Shown here piece after piece: positions 1 to 9,551 of a stretch of DNA of 51,845 nucleotides (its first letter is position 1; each line of letters opens with the position of its first letter). The position numbers were made by a program, and so were the translations under genes. The stretch lies in NCBI GenBank assembly GCA_964361015.1, contig CAYHZE010000001.1, forward strand, positions 1 through 51,845, read 5' to 3'. The DNA comes from an uncultured Candidatus Saccharibacteria bacterium (GTDB lineage: Bacteria > Patescibacteriota > Minisyncoccia > Sungbacterales > HO2-52-23). The notes under the pieces are model-generated. The model ran no database searches, had not been told where the DNA came from, and saw nothing but the letters and a program-made list of their open reading frames with translations.

Positions 1-162
1 AGAGCCTATTCATCATCTTTTTTCCAGAGCCATTTTGCGATATTTTGAGCGAAAAACCTGAAGACCGACGAGGCGTAGCGGTGCCTACGTCAAGGAGGTC
101 TGAAGGTTTTGCAGCCAAAATATCGCGAAATGGAGTCGGGAAAAAGATTATGAACAGGCTCT
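1..162 (+). repeat. Family C palindromic element, copy C1 (B/C superfamily)
   Basis: agagcctattcatcatctttttt...aaaaagattatgaacaggctct. The whole 162 bp folds as one long imperfect hairpin. It has about ten differences from the copy at 51191..51352. Confidence 0.9.
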
Positions 163-184
163 AAGCAGAAATACAAAAATTGTT

Positions 185-1156
185 ATGAACATTGTTTCTC
201 GTATATCAATAAGTTTGAGAATACGGTTTGCCTATTTATATTTCAAAATCCGGGCATGGTGGCTGATATGGTTTTATGTGGTGAATCGGAAAAACCGGCG
301 CATGTTTCGCGCGCATCGGTCAGTACTTTCTCCGGTACAAAAGCGGATCGCAAGAGACTTGCGGCAAGACGGCATTGCGGTTGCGCATTTGGATGAATTT
401 TTTGCGCGGCCTGATATGCGTGCGCGGTTTGATGCCTATGTGAGAGAACGAATGGCGCATGCGGAGGTTAAAACACACAAGAAATTTCTTAGAAATTTGC
501 TTGATGCGATACCGACGATTGATAATAAAAACCCTTTTATTTTCTTTGCGTTGAGTGATCATATTCTGGCGACAGTGAATGAATATATGCAGATGTGCGC
601 TTACTTTTACTATCTTACCCTCAACATTACATCTCCCGTCCCCGCGGGAACAGAAGCGGTGCAATCACAGCGTTGGCACAGTGACCCGGAAGATAAGAAA
701 ATGTGCAAGGTTTTTTTGTATTTAACGGATGTTGACGAAGGATCAGGACCGTTTACTTATGTTCGCGGCACTCATTATGGAGGACGCTGGCGGCATTTAT
801 TTCATGAGAATCTTCCCCACGGATGCTTGCCGCCGACGCGTCCCATTGAAGAGCTTGTTCCTGCGTCGGATATCATACGATTTACTGGCAAAGCAGGCAC
901 AATTATTTTTTGCGATACAAGCGGGTATCATCGCGGCGGCTATGCAACAACAAATGAGCGAATGATGCTTACATTGGGATACTGCTCTGCGGCAGGCCCT
1001 TATCCCGTGCGTTTTCGTCTGTCCCAAGGATTTGATCGCGAGCTTGATCGCATGGGTTTAAGTGCGGCCGCGCGTTATGCGCTTTCTTTTTCTCGCGGGC
1101 CAGTAACGAGATATATGTTCAAAATGATTAAGCCAAATTTTAAATATGGCGCATGA
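185..1156 (+). CDS. Fe(II)/2-oxoglutarate dioxygenase, PhyH (phytanoyl-CoA dioxygenase)-like
   Basis: 323 aa ORF; RWHSDPED ... GPFTYVRGTH resembles the PhyH-family HxD...H metal triad. Confidence 0.55.
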   Translation: MNIVSRISISLRIRFAYLYFKIRAWWLIWFYVVNRKNRRMFRAHRSVLSPVQKRIARDLRQDGIAVAHLDEFFARPDMRARFDAYVRERMAHAEVKTHKKFLRNLLDAIPTIDNKNPFIFFALSDHILATVNEYMQMCAYFYYLTLNITSPVPAGTEAVQSQRWHSDPEDKKMCKVFLYLTDVDEGSGPFTYVRGTHYGGRWRHLFHENLPHGCLPPTRPIEELVPASDIIRFTGKAGTIIFCDTSGYHRGGYATTNERMMLTLGYCSAAGPYPVRFRLSQGFDRELDRMGLSAAARYALSFSRGPVTRYMFKMIKPNFKYGA

Positions 1157-1170
1157 ATTAAGAATGTATG

Positions 1171-1330
1171 AGACCTGTCCCCTTATAACCTTATCTGTTG
1201 CAATTTTCAGATTGATGATATGGCTTTGTAAAAATTTTTTAACATATACGCCGTATATGCTCCAAAATTTTTCCTTCGCCATATCCTCAATTTGAAAATA
1301 ACGCTTACGAAAATTATAAGGGGACAGGTT
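1171..1330 (-). repeat. Family B palindromic element, copy B1 (degenerate)
   Basis: Arms agacctgtccccttataa / ttataaggggacaggt; central taacatatacgccgtatatgctccaaaattttt matches the other B cores. Confidence 0.85.
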
Positions 1331-1386
1331 CATTGACTGAGTCGGTCGTTTCCATGCCTTATGCGGATAAGCCATAAATAGTATCT

Positions 1387-2322
1387 ATGCTATGTGACGT
1401 AAAAGAGTTTCAAGATGCGAGGGTGTTAATAACGGGTGGATCAGGTTTTTTGGGAACGCATCTGATTAAAAAATTGCAAACACTTGGCACACGGGAGATT
1501 GTGAGCGTGCATCGGGGGAAGAAAGCGCATGATATACCGTCAGGCGTAATTGATTGTGTATGCGATATGTCCAAACCCGAATCTATTGACAGGGTACGGG
1601 CTATGGGCAATGTTGATTATATATTTAATCTTGCAGGTTTAAGCGACCAGCGTATGCCTGATCCCCATCTGCAGGATTTATGGAATGCGAATGTCATTTC
1701 TCTTATACATCTCTCTGGCGCGATTGATTGGAGTAAAGTAAAAGGAGCGGTACACATGGGGACAACTGCCGAATATGGCAATCAGGAGGTGCCGTTTCAA
1801 GAGAATCAGCGTCCACTGCCTACAAACGCCTATGGATGGTCAAAGGCGGCCGCAACGCAATATGCGGTGATGATGGTTCAAGGAGGATACGCAAAATGGT
1901 GTGTTGCGCGGCAATTTACCGGTTACGGTCCGGGACAAACAACCGGATTGATCGTTGATCTTACCCGCGCGCTTAAAAGAGGAGAGACGTTCATGGTTAG
2001 CTCCTCGCATGTGACACGCGATCCGATTTTTGTATCCGACACAATTGAAGGACTTATTCGCCTCGCATACTGCTCAAAAGCGTCTGGTGAAATTATCAAT
2101 CTTTGTTCGGGAAAAGAAATTTCCATTGGCGAAATTGCAGAAATGGTTCACTCAATTGCAGGTGTAGGCAGAATTGAATTGGCGCAAGAAGAGCCGCGCA
2201 AAGGAGATTTTTTAAGAAGTTGGGGAAGCACAGAAAAGATAGAACAGTTCCTTGGATGGAAACCCCATATTTCTCTTGAAGAAGGACTGCGAATAACTGT
2301 GCCGACGATTTTGGATATATAA
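1387..2322 (+). CDS. NAD-dependent NDP-sugar epimerase/dehydratase (extended SDR)
   Basis: N-terminal VLITGGSGFLGTHL Rossmann motif; YGWSK (YxxxK) catalytic motif. Confidence 0.8.
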   Translation: MLCDVKEFQDARVLITGGSGFLGTHLIKKLQTLGTREIVSVHRGKKAHDIPSGVIDCVCDMSKPESIDRVRAMGNVDYIFNLAGLSDQRMPDPHLQDLWNANVISLIHLSGAIDWSKVKGAVHMGTTAEYGNQEVPFQENQRPLPTNAYGWSKAAATQYAVMMVQGGYAKWCVARQFTGYGPGQTTGLIVDLTRALKRGETFMVSSSHVTRDPIFVSDTIEGLIRLAYCSKASGEIINLCSGKEISIGEIAEMVHSIAGVGRIELAQEEPRKGDFLRSWGSTEKIEQFLGWKPHISLEEGLRITVPTILDI

Positions 2323-2325
2323 ATA

Positions 2326-2478
2326 GGACTTACACACTTGGTTCCTCCCCTAAAATAGGGGAGGTTAGGAGGGGTATAGGTGAGGAATGAAACTTGCGGT
2401 CTTTAGTTTCTGCCCTCACTCCTACCACCCCTAACCCCTCCTGTGCCAGGAGGGGAAAACAGGAGGGGAAAAGGAGAT
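2326..2478 (+). repeat. Family A palindromic element, copy A1
   Basis: ggacttacaca + hairpin cctcccct-aaaat-aggggagg + ttaggaggggtataggtgagg ... ccctcactcctaccacccctaa + hairpin cccctcct-gtgcc-aggagggg. Confidence 0.9.
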
Positions 2479-2495
2479 ATAATAAATTGTGAATA

Positions 2496-3863
2496 ATGCC
2501 ATTACGATCATATACCATTCTTTTTGCAATACGCGATGCTGAATCTTTCCATTATAAGCACATACTTACCGAGCTCGCGTTTCGCGGTCATCGTGTGAGG
2601 GTTGTTTATGATACAAGATGGACTGATGAATCAGAACTTGAGAAATTAAAACAATGCACGGCTGAATATAGTCATGTTGAATATCGTGCCGCATTGCATC
2701 AAAAGGGATTGGGGAGAATTGCGCTTTTCTATGTCCGCGAGATTTTGAGTTATCGCCGATATCTTTTAATACCTCAACAATCTTCATTTTTCCGCGAGCG
2801 TTGGAAAGGATATTTGCCTGCGTTGGTTCGCAGGATTGTATCATATCAATTGGCGGAATATCTGCTTAAGAGCGGTATAACGGGAGAACTTGGGTGGATG
2901 ATTGAGCGTATGATACCTTCGAGCCGTCATGTGCGTCGTGACATTACGTTGTTTGCGCCGGATGTGATATTTGCTTCTCCTCTCACGTTGCGATTTTCTT
3001 CCACGGAAGTGGAATATGTGAAAGCCGGCATGGCACTAGGAATTCCATGCGTATCATCGGTGTTGACGTGGGACAATCTTAGCAGTAAAGGGCTTATTCA
3101 TGTGTGGCCAACATGGCTTCTGGTGTGGAATAAAGATCAGGTGCGTGAAGCCAATGAATGCCTTTTTTTTCCCCGTGAGCGCATGCGGATTGTGGGCGCC
3201 ACTATGTTTGACGATTGGTTTGAAAAATCACGAATTGCCACTGACCGAATAGTATTTTGCCGCCAGCATGGGCTTGATCCAGAGCATCCCATTGTTCTTT
3301 ATCTTGGATCGTCTCAAAGAACGGGTGATGAAACGTGGATTGTGGAACGTCTGTATCGGGCGCTTCGCAGTGCCAATGACCCCCGCCTTCAAAGAACGCA
3401 ACTTATGGTGAGGCCGCATCCCGCCAATTCCAGCCATTATAAAAAACTTAACCTTTCCGGCGTGCATGTTATTCCTCAAGAGGGCATGTTACCGATTGGC
3501 GCATCTGCATTTCAGCTTTTTTTTGACTCCATACATCATGCGGTTTGTTCTGTCATGGGGGTGGGTACAAGCGGGATACTTGATACGATGATTGCGGGGA
3601 AACCCGCTCTTGCAATTATCAGCGATGAATATAAAGAATATCAAGTACAGGCATATAATTTCCAGCATCTTCTCCGTGCCGATGCCCTTGAGACAGTTGG
3701 TACGCCGGAAGAATGTATGCCGATTATTCAAGCAATATACAATGGCAAAGATAGCAAACAGGCGAAGCGCGAAATGTTTATTCGTGATTTTGTGAGACCG
3801 CGGGGAATCGAAAAAAATGTCGGTGCTCTCATAGCAGATGAAATAGAATCTCTCGTGCGGTAA
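2496..3863 (+). CDS. Uncharacterised GT-B-like transferase, TagF/KpsS-like (paralog 1 of 3)
   Basis: 455 aa; shares the block SSVLTWDNLSSKG...IVGATMFDDW and a C-terminal layout with ORFs 39217..40647 and 40623..42002; RPHP motif; lies next to a cytidylyltransferase. Confidence 0.45.
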   Translation: MPLRSYTILFAIRDAESFHYKHILTELAFRGHRVRVVYDTRWTDESELEKLKQCTAEYSHVEYRAALHQKGLGRIALFYVREILSYRRYLLIPQQSSFFRERWKGYLPALVRRIVSYQLAEYLLKSGITGELGWMIERMIPSSRHVRRDITLFAPDVIFASPLTLRFSSTEVEYVKAGMALGIPCVSSVLTWDNLSSKGLIHVWPTWLLVWNKDQVREANECLFFPRERMRIVGATMFDDWFEKSRIATDRIVFCRQHGLDPEHPIVLYLGSSQRTGDETWIVERLYRALRSANDPRLQRTQLMVRPHPANSSHYKKLNLSGVHVIPQEGMLPIGASAFQLFFDSIHHAVCSVMGVGTSGILDTMIAGKPALAIISDEYKEYQVQAYNFQHLLRADALETVGTPEECMPIIQAIYNGKDSKQAKREMFIRDFVRPRGIEKNVGALIADEIESLVR

Positions 3864-3919
3864 TAGAGCGTGATCCATGCGCGCGATATTACCGCGTGTT
3901 CAACGTATACTAACCTTCC

Positions 3920-4426
3920 ATGAGTATTATTGAATTCAAAGATATCGCTTCTTTACGCAAAGAGCATAAAGATAAAAAAATTGTGTTTTGTTCAGGAACA
4001 TTTGATTTGACGCACGCGGGCCATGTGCTTTTTTTAGAGGACTGCAAAAAATACGGAGATCTTCTTGTGGTAGCTGTTGGCAGTGATTTTAATCAGCGGG
4101 TGCACGCAAAAGGTAAGGGGCGTCCAGTTCAAAATGAGCATCTTCGTCTGAAAATGGTCTCATCTCTCAAACCGGTTGATTACGCCCTTCTTGATATAAA
4201 TGCAAAAGATGGCGATATACTTGCTCTACTTCCGGATTTTCTTGATGCCCTCAAACCCGACGTGTATGTTGTTAATCAGGATGCATTTGATATTCCCCGA
4301 CGGCGTGAATTGATAGAAAAGTTCTCTACAGAGATGATTGTCTTGGAACGAGTATGTCCTCCTGAATTTGAAAGTATATCAACAAGCAATATGATTAAAA
4401 AAATAAAAACAGATGTGGAAAAATAA
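3920..4426 (+). CDS. Cytidylyltransferase-family protein (TagD / RfaE domain II-like)
   Basis: FCSGTFDLTHAGHVLFL carries the HxGH nucleotidyltransferase signature; 168 aa. Confidence 0.75.
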   Translation: MSIIEFKDIASLRKEHKDKKIVFCSGTFDLTHAGHVLFLEDCKKYGDLLVVAVGSDFNQRVHAKGKGRPVQNEHLRLKMVSSLKPVDYALLDINAKDGDILALLPDFLDALKPDVYVVNQDAFDIPRRRELIEKFSTEMIVLERVCPPEFESISTSNMIKKIKTDVEK

Positions 4427-4428
4427 AT

Positions 4429-4450
4429 AGACCTACTGCACAATAGGTCT
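4429..4450. repeat. 22-bp mini-palindrome resembling fused family-B termini
   Basis: agacctactgcacaataggtct. The first 11 nt equal the B5 terminus and ctgcacaata equals the B6 arm; flanked by TA on both sides if the ends are taken as gacct/aggtc. Confidence 0.5.
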
Positions 4451-4488
4451 AATAAATGAAAAAGATGAGAGGGAAGGCAGGACAATAT

Positions 4489-4524
4489 AAAAGCGCGTTT
4501 GATTTCAGAAACGCGCTTTTTTTA
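4489..4524. terminator. Bidirectional intrinsic terminator
   Basis: aaagcgcgttt-gatttcag-aaacgcgcttt, an 11-bp stem with an A-run before and a T-run after, between convergent genes. Confidence 0.8.
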
Positions 4525-4556
4525 TTTTCTCCTGTCTTCATACAGACATGTTAATG

Positions 4557-5147
4557 TTATATAAATTTAATTTTTTCTCTTAAGAGATACGGCAAGGCCA
4601 ACAGGGAATGCGCAATCGCGCAATTAGATACAATCTGTCCCGCAAACACCATCTCATACCATTTTTCAATGGGTATAAGCAGGGTTTCCATTATCTCGGT
4701 TTCGTCTCGCGTCGGCCGTGCAATAAATGTACAGTCAAATGCCAAGAAAGGATGGTAACGCAGATTCATAGATTGCGTCTCTATCCAGGGATCGCAGGCA
4801 AGTTTGATTATCCAGTTTGCCTTATATCCTGTTTCTTCAAGAAGTTCCCGCTTAGCCGTCTCTTCGGGAAGTTCCATTTGAGCGATGTCTGACGACCCTC
4901 CGGGGAATTCAAGTGAAAAGTCAGCCATACCATGACGAAATTCTCTTATCGCCACCACATTCCGGTCCGTGGTAAGCGGAAATACAATTGAGGAAGGCGG
5001 GCGTAGATGCCACCATAGGTGATGAGTATAGGCTGCACCTTTTGGCGGTTTAAATATCCGACGCACCATGCATCGTCCGTGTTCTGCGTGATAGATTATT
5101 TCAGTGTTCTCTATTGTCGGCGATTTGAGACCTCCATCTTTGTCCAT
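4557..5147 (-). CDS. NUDIX hydrolase (ADP-ribose / NDP-sugar pyrophosphatase-like)
   Basis: Nudix box GGSSDIAQMELPEETAKRELLEETGY (Gx5Ex7REUxEExGU). Confidence 0.85.
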   Translation of the reverse strand: MDKDGGLKSPTIENTEIIYHAEHGRCMVRRIFKPPKGAAYTHHLWWHLRPPSSIVFPLTTDRNVVAIREFRHGMADFSLEFPGGSSDIAQMELPEETAKRELLEETGYKANWIIKLACDPWIETQSMNLRYHPFLAFDCTFIARPTRDETEIMETLLIPIEKWYEMVFAGQIVSNCAIAHSLLALPYLLREKIKFI

Positions 5148-5223
5148 TCACTACCTCTCTTTTTGTATATAACATGTGGGAACTTTCTTCCTCAAGGCTT
5201 CTCTTCTCCTTTACAATAGACAG

Positions 5224-5252
5224 ATTGTATCATAGATTATTTATTTTTGCAA
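5224..5252 (-). promoter_or_regulatory. Candidate promoter for the NUDIX gene
   Basis: The minus strand reads TTGCAA - 17 nt - TACAAT. Confidence 0.35.
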
Positions 5253-5321
5253 CTTTTGATAAATTAGCGATATCGTGATAGATTTGCATAGCATACGCGA
5301 ATATCATACGAGGAGCAAAAA

Positions 5322-6836
5322 ATGCACCTTCACAAACATATCAGAAATCCCAGATTTTTGTTGATGTATTCTCCCCAATGGTTTGATGAACGTTTTGGCG
5401 CCATTAAGCCGGAGGGTTCGCTTGGCATCACCTATTTGGCAGGCGCGCTAAAGATCAATGGATATGAAGTTGAGATTCTTGACTGTTGCGTGGGGAATGC
5501 GCGGTATAGTTTGCAAGAAACATTTTACCGCCAGACGCCTATGAATAATGGAATGGTGCGTGTGGGCATGGATCTACATGACATTCTCAAAGAAGCCGAG
5601 CGTTTTGATGTCATTGGTATAAGCTCTCTGTTCACCGCGCAAACAAGAATGGTGGAGGAAACAGTATCTGCGCTTGTCCGCGCATATCCTGAAAAACGTA
5701 TCATTCTTGGCGGAGTCAATGCCCGTTCCCAACTTGGTAGATTTTTTGATGCCGGAGCGCATATTATATGTACGTCTGAAGCGGAAGCGACGATCATTCA
5801 AATAGCCGACGTTTTGCGGGAAGGAAACAATGATTTCTCAAAGGTGCGCGGTATAGCATTCAAGCAGAATGGACAGATACGCATGACTCCACCCGCGTTA
5901 ACGCTGAATCATTTAGACGATTTGGCGATACCGGCATGGGATATGTTGCCGCTTCAACGCTACTGGGATATTGCGCGTCCTCATGGCAGTGTTTTCTCAC
6001 AAGCCAATCCGTACCGGTATGCATCGGCAATGACATCCCGCGGATGCCCGTTTAGATGCACGTTTTGCCATATTTCTTGGGAAAAAGAACAGCGCGATAT
6101 ATTTGGTGCGATCGGCACATTGAGATTCAAAACGCCGGAACGCGTGTTGCAAGAAATGTTGATTCTCAAAGAGCTTGGAGTGGAGTATGTTCTCTTGGAA
6201 GATGATTCATTGCTGGGAAAAAAAGCAAGAGCCATACAGATTTTCACCCTCATGCGGGATTTACATTTAAGATTGGGCGATGTCAATGGGATTAACCTTG
6301 CGCATATGTTCGCCATGCGTCATGGAAAGCTTGTTGTTGACGAAGAGCTTTTGGAGACAATGGTGTCGGCTGGTTTTGAGGATCTCCAGTTTCCGGTAGA
6401 ATCCGGGTCGCAAAGGATTATTGATACCTATGCTACCGGCAAGCTCAATCTTGAGAAGCATGACATTATAGCCCTCATTAAAAAGGCAAAACAATTAGGG
6501 ATAAAAGTCGGAGGCAACTATACGTTTGGTTATCCGGACGAGACGTTGGATGAAATGAACGCAACCATAGATATAGCCAAAAGACATATTGAGGCGGGGC
6601 TTGATAAAGCAAACTTTGTTATTATCACTCCCTTTCCCGGTACCCAGTTTTATGATTATGTTATCACTCATGATCTTTTTCTTCCCGGAATAGATATAGG
6701 GATGCTCGATTGGATGAGGCCTTCAATCAAAACGCTCATTCCTTCATCCACCTTAGAGTATGTGATTACCGAAATTTGGAAAGATATAAATAATCAAGAA
6801 CGAATTGCCATACTCCGATCTATGGTTCCTCAATGA
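5322..6836 (+). CDS. B12-binding-domain radical SAM enzyme (class B, methylase-like)
   Basis: N-terminal cobalamin-binding-like Rossmann segment, then the SRGCPFRCTFC CxxxCxxC cluster motif; AGGAG Shine-Dalgarno about 9 nt upstream of the ATG. Confidence 0.85.
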   Translation: MHLHKHIRNPRFLLMYSPQWFDERFGAIKPEGSLGITYLAGALKINGYEVEILDCCVGNARYSLQETFYRQTPMNNGMVRVGMDLHDILKEAERFDVIGISSLFTAQTRMVEETVSALVRAYPEKRIILGGVNARSQLGRFFDAGAHIICTSEAEATIIQIADVLREGNNDFSKVRGIAFKQNGQIRMTPPALTLNHLDDLAIPAWDMLPLQRYWDIARPHGSVFSQANPYRYASAMTSRGCPFRCTFCHISWEKEQRDIFGAIGTLRFKTPERVLQEMLILKELGVEYVLLEDDSLLGKKARAIQIFTLMRDLHLRLGDVNGINLAHMFAMRHGKLVVDEELLETMVSAGFEDLQFPVESGSQRIIDTYATGKLNLEKHDIIALIKKAKQLGIKVGGNYTFGYPDETLDEMNATIDIAKRHIEAGLDKANFVIITPFPGTQFYDYVITHDLFLPGIDIGMLDWMRPSIKTLIPSSTLEYVITEIWKDINNQERIAILRSMVPQ

Positions 6837-6840
6837 TTAC

Positions 6841-6876
6841 AACTGGAACGCAATGCGTTCCAGTTTTTTCTTTTTT
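6841..6876 (+). terminator. Intrinsic terminator after the radical SAM gene
   Basis: aactggaacgc-aat-gcgttccagtt followed by ttttttctttttt. Confidence 0.8.
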
Positions 6877-6898
6877 ACATGTTTCGTAATTCAAAGCG

Positions 6899-6927
6899 TT
6901 GTACAATTTTTCTTTGTTGTGATAAAT
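6899..6927 (+). promoter_or_regulatory. Candidate promoter for the epimerase gene
   Basis: TTGTAC - 17 nt - ATAAAT, about 50 nt upstream of ATG 6980. Confidence 0.35.
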
Positions 6928-6979
6928 TAAATAAACTACTTATATAGTTAGTTTCCCACTTTTATATCAGGAAGAAAAA

Positions 6980-8017
6980 ATGCATCATAAGAATATGCAA
7001 GATTCTTATCCATCATCCATACATTCTTCTCGACGGCCAAAAAAGGCTCTTGTGTTGGGAGCAGGAGGGTTTATTGGGCATCATTTGGTCAGACGATTAA
7101 AAGACGAGGGGTATCAAGTGACAGGCGTAGATGTCAAAGAACCCGAATTTTCGTCCACCGTGGCCGATGATTTTATCATTGGTGATTTGCGTGATTATCA
7201 TATTTGCAATACCGTCATCACTCCGGACACAGATGAAATCTATCAACTTGCCGCAGATATGGGCGGGGCAGGTTATATTTTTACCGGCGAACATGATGCT
7301 GACGTGATGCACAATTCCGCCACCATTAATCTTAATGTGGCTCGCGTTGCCGTCAAAAAAGGAGTTCGTAATCTTTTTTATTCCTCATCTGCCTGCGTAT
7401 ATCCAAAATATAATCAAGAAGATTCTCGCAATCCAGTATGTTCGGAAGAAAGCGCGTATCCTGCCGCGCCTGATAGCGAATACGGCTGGGAAAAACTTTT
7501 CAGCGAGCGCATGTACCTTGCTTTCAACCGTAATTACGAATTCCACGCGCGCATTGCCCGTTTTCATAATATCTTTGGGCCAGAGGGGACGTGGCAGGGA
7601 GGACGGGAAAAAGCGCCGGCGGCGATATGCCGCAAAGTTGCCGAAGCTCATGACGGAGACGAATTGGAAATCTGGGGAGACGGCAAACAAACCCGTTCCT
7701 TCCTCTATGTGGATGAATGTTTGGAAGGAGTGCGCAGACTCATGCAGTCGGATGCCACCGGACCGCTCAATATCGGTTCCGAAGAGATGGTGAGTGTTAA
7801 TGAGCTTGTTGATATGGTTTGTAGAATTGCGGGAAAAAATCTGGTAAAAACATATAATTCAAATAAACCCCAGGGTGTGCGGGGCCGCAATTCAGATAAT
7901 AGATTGATTTACGAAAAACTCAACTGGAAGCCAAGTTCATCTCTCGAACAAGGCCTTGAGAAAACCTATCATTGGATTGAACAGCAAGTGAAGGCCAAAG
8001 ATCGCAATGAGAAATAA
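6980..8017 (+). CDS. NDP-sugar epimerase closely resembling GDP-mannose 3,5-epimerase
   Basis: GAGGFIGHHL Rossmann motif; the block RFHNIFGPEGTWQGGREKAPAAICRK ... IWGDGKQTRSF is characteristic of the GME family. Confidence 0.75.
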   Translation: MHHKNMQDSYPSSIHSSRRPKKALVLGAGGFIGHHLVRRLKDEGYQVTGVDVKEPEFSSTVADDFIIGDLRDYHICNTVITPDTDEIYQLAADMGGAGYIFTGEHDADVMHNSATINLNVARVAVKKGVRNLFYSSSACVYPKYNQEDSRNPVCSEESAYPAAPDSEYGWEKLFSERMYLAFNRNYEFHARIARFHNIFGPEGTWQGGREKAPAAICRKVAEAHDGDELEIWGDGKQTRSFLYVDECLEGVRRLMQSDATGPLNIGSEEMVSVNELVDMVCRIAGKNLVKTYNSNKPQGVRGRNSDNRLIYEKLNWKPSSSLEQGLEKTYHWIEQQVKAKDRNEK

Positions 8018-8042
8018 AAAAACCAAAGGTGGGGTTGCATAC

Positions 8043-8094
8043 GTTCACATACATATTGGACTCTATCACCGAGTCCAATATGTGATGGACTGAT
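8043..8094 (+). repeat. Left copy of an approximately 52-bp direct repeat flanking the AbiE islet
   Basis: gttcacatacatattggactctatcaccgagtccaatatgtgatggactgat; contains a perfect 13-bp stem hairpin (8051..8083). Confidence 0.75.
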
Positions 8095-8203
8095 ATAGCC
8101 TGAAAATATCGTAATATCGCCGGATGGGTCGAGGACGGCACCATTGAAAATTGACAAGAATATCGATATTTATTATCCTGTACATATAAGTACAGGTTTA
8201 TTT

Positions 8204-8776
8204 ATGCCTAAAAACGTAAAAATTCAAAATTTACACCGTTTTGCCGAGCTTGCGCGTCTTGGCGAGGTTGTTTTTCATACTGATGATTTGGCGAATTTGT
8301 GGCGCATTACGAACAAAAACACTCTCTATACCACGATCAAACGTTATGTAGAGCAGGGGCTTCTTTTTCGTATTCATAAAGGATTTTACGCCATCAAGCG
8401 ACCAAAAGACATTGATCCGATACTCCTTGGCGTGAAGGCATTGCATGGTTATGCCTATGTGAGCACCGAGACCATTTTACGAGGGCAGGGGATTATTCTG
8501 CAAGAGCTTCCGGCTACTACGCTTGTGAGTACTGAGACAAAGCGTTTTATGGTAGCAGGGAATGCCTTCTATTCGCGCAAACTCCCTGACACCTTTTTGT
8601 ATAACGCACAAGGTATTACCACCGATACCACCGGAGTACGGAGGGCAACGACAGAGCGTGCGGTTGCTGACCTACTCTACTTCAATAAGAGCGCGTATTT
8701 TGATATGTCCAAGGGTATTGATTGGAAAAAGGTACAGAGCATCCAAAAAGATATAGGGTATCCATTAACCAAATAA
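8204..8776 (+). CDS. abiEi: AbiEi-like antitoxin / transcriptional regulator (type IV TA)
   Basis: The N-terminal pattern VVFHTDDLANLW...TLYTTIKRYVEQGLLFRIHKGFYAI is typical of the AbiEi_4 wHTH domain. The gene lies immediately upstream of a DUF1814/AbiEii gene. The ORF track starts at TTG 8144; ATG 8204 is preferred. Confidence 0.7.
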   Translation: MPKNVKIQNLHRFAELARLGEVVFHTDDLANLWRITNKNTLYTTIKRYVEQGLLFRIHKGFYAIKRPKDIDPILLGVKALHGYAYVSTETILRGQGIILQELPATTLVSTETKRFMVAGNAFYSRKLPDTFLYNAQGITTDTTGVRRATTERAVADLLYFNKSAYFDMSKGIDWKKVQSIQKDIGYPLTK

Positions 8777-8780
8777 GACT

Positions 8781-9536
8781 ATGGCTGACATTATTTTACC
8801 CAAACCAAAAGATGCAGTGCATAAAGCATGGCTGTACCGTGTGCTCTCCGGCATCTATGATGATGCGACGCTTGCGCACGTTCTGTATTTCAAAGGCGGG
8901 ACGTGTGCCGCAATGCTCGGCTATCTTGACCGTTTTTCCGTTGACCTTGACTTTGATCTTGTGGGGGATCGTACGGTACTTTCTCATACACGAACCCGCC
9001 TTGAGGCAGTATTTCGTGATCTCGGACTTACGATACACGACCAAAGTAAAGTTGTGCCGCAGTACTTCCTGAAATATGACGCACCAGAGGGGGAACGCAA
9101 CACCATGAAAATTGACGTTTCCATATCGCCACCTCAAGCAAACATGTACGAGTCAAAACGCTTCCAAGAGATTGACCGCATCATTATGTGTCAAACAATT
9201 GAGACCATGATGGCAAATAAACTGGTCGCACTTATTGACCGATACGAGCATAGTGAGGCGATTGCAGGCCGCGACCTTTATGACATCCATCACTTTTTTA
9301 TGAAAGGGTATCGGTATAACGAGGAGGTCATACGCGAGCGTACAGGAAAAAATACGAAGCAGTTTTTAAATGACCTTATTATTTTTATCGAGAACCGCAT
9401 CACCGAGGAGATTATCAATCAAGACATCAATACACTTCTGCCTTACGAGCAGTTTTCCCGTATTCGTAAACTTCTCAAACAAGAGACGCTGATGTTTTTG
9501 CGTGATGAGCAGAAGCGGATAGAGAAAAGGAAATAA
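8781..9536 (+). CDS. abiEii: AbiEii/AbiGii-family nucleotidyltransferase toxin (DUF1814)
   Basis: FKGGTCAAMLGYLDRFSVDLDFD and GRDLYDIHHF motifs typical of the family; 4 nt after abiEi. Confidence 0.8.
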   Translation: MADIILPKPKDAVHKAWLYRVLSGIYDDATLAHVLYFKGGTCAAMLGYLDRFSVDLDFDLVGDRTVLSHTRTRLEAVFRDLGLTIHDQSKVVPQYFLKYDAPEGERNTMKIDVSISPPQANMYESKRFQEIDRIIMCQTIETMMANKLVALIDRYEHSEAIAGRDLYDIHHFFMKGYRYNEEVIRERTGKNTKQFLNDLIIFIENRITEEIINQDINTLLPYEQFSRIRKLLKQETLMFLRDEQKRIEKRK

Positions 9537-9551
9537 ACGTTATATTTAGCC

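Noticed and set aside
2341-2460. G-quadruplex / i-motif potential of the G-rich and C-rich halves of family A
   Set aside because: The G-runs are mostly GG with only three runs of GGG or longer per half. The two halves are perfectly complementary, so duplex or hairpin formation is the simpler explanation.
2330-2518. Small ORFs lying on the repeats (2330..2518, 18719..18955, 31452..31727, 49473..49772, 49626..49832, 1058..1375, 16160..16384, 25619..25822, 23354..23545)
   Set aside because: They are translations of the palindromic elements (recurring SSPIPLLTSP..., CHCERSEAI..., etc.). They occur on either strand because the DNA is self-complementary, and they lack independent start signals.
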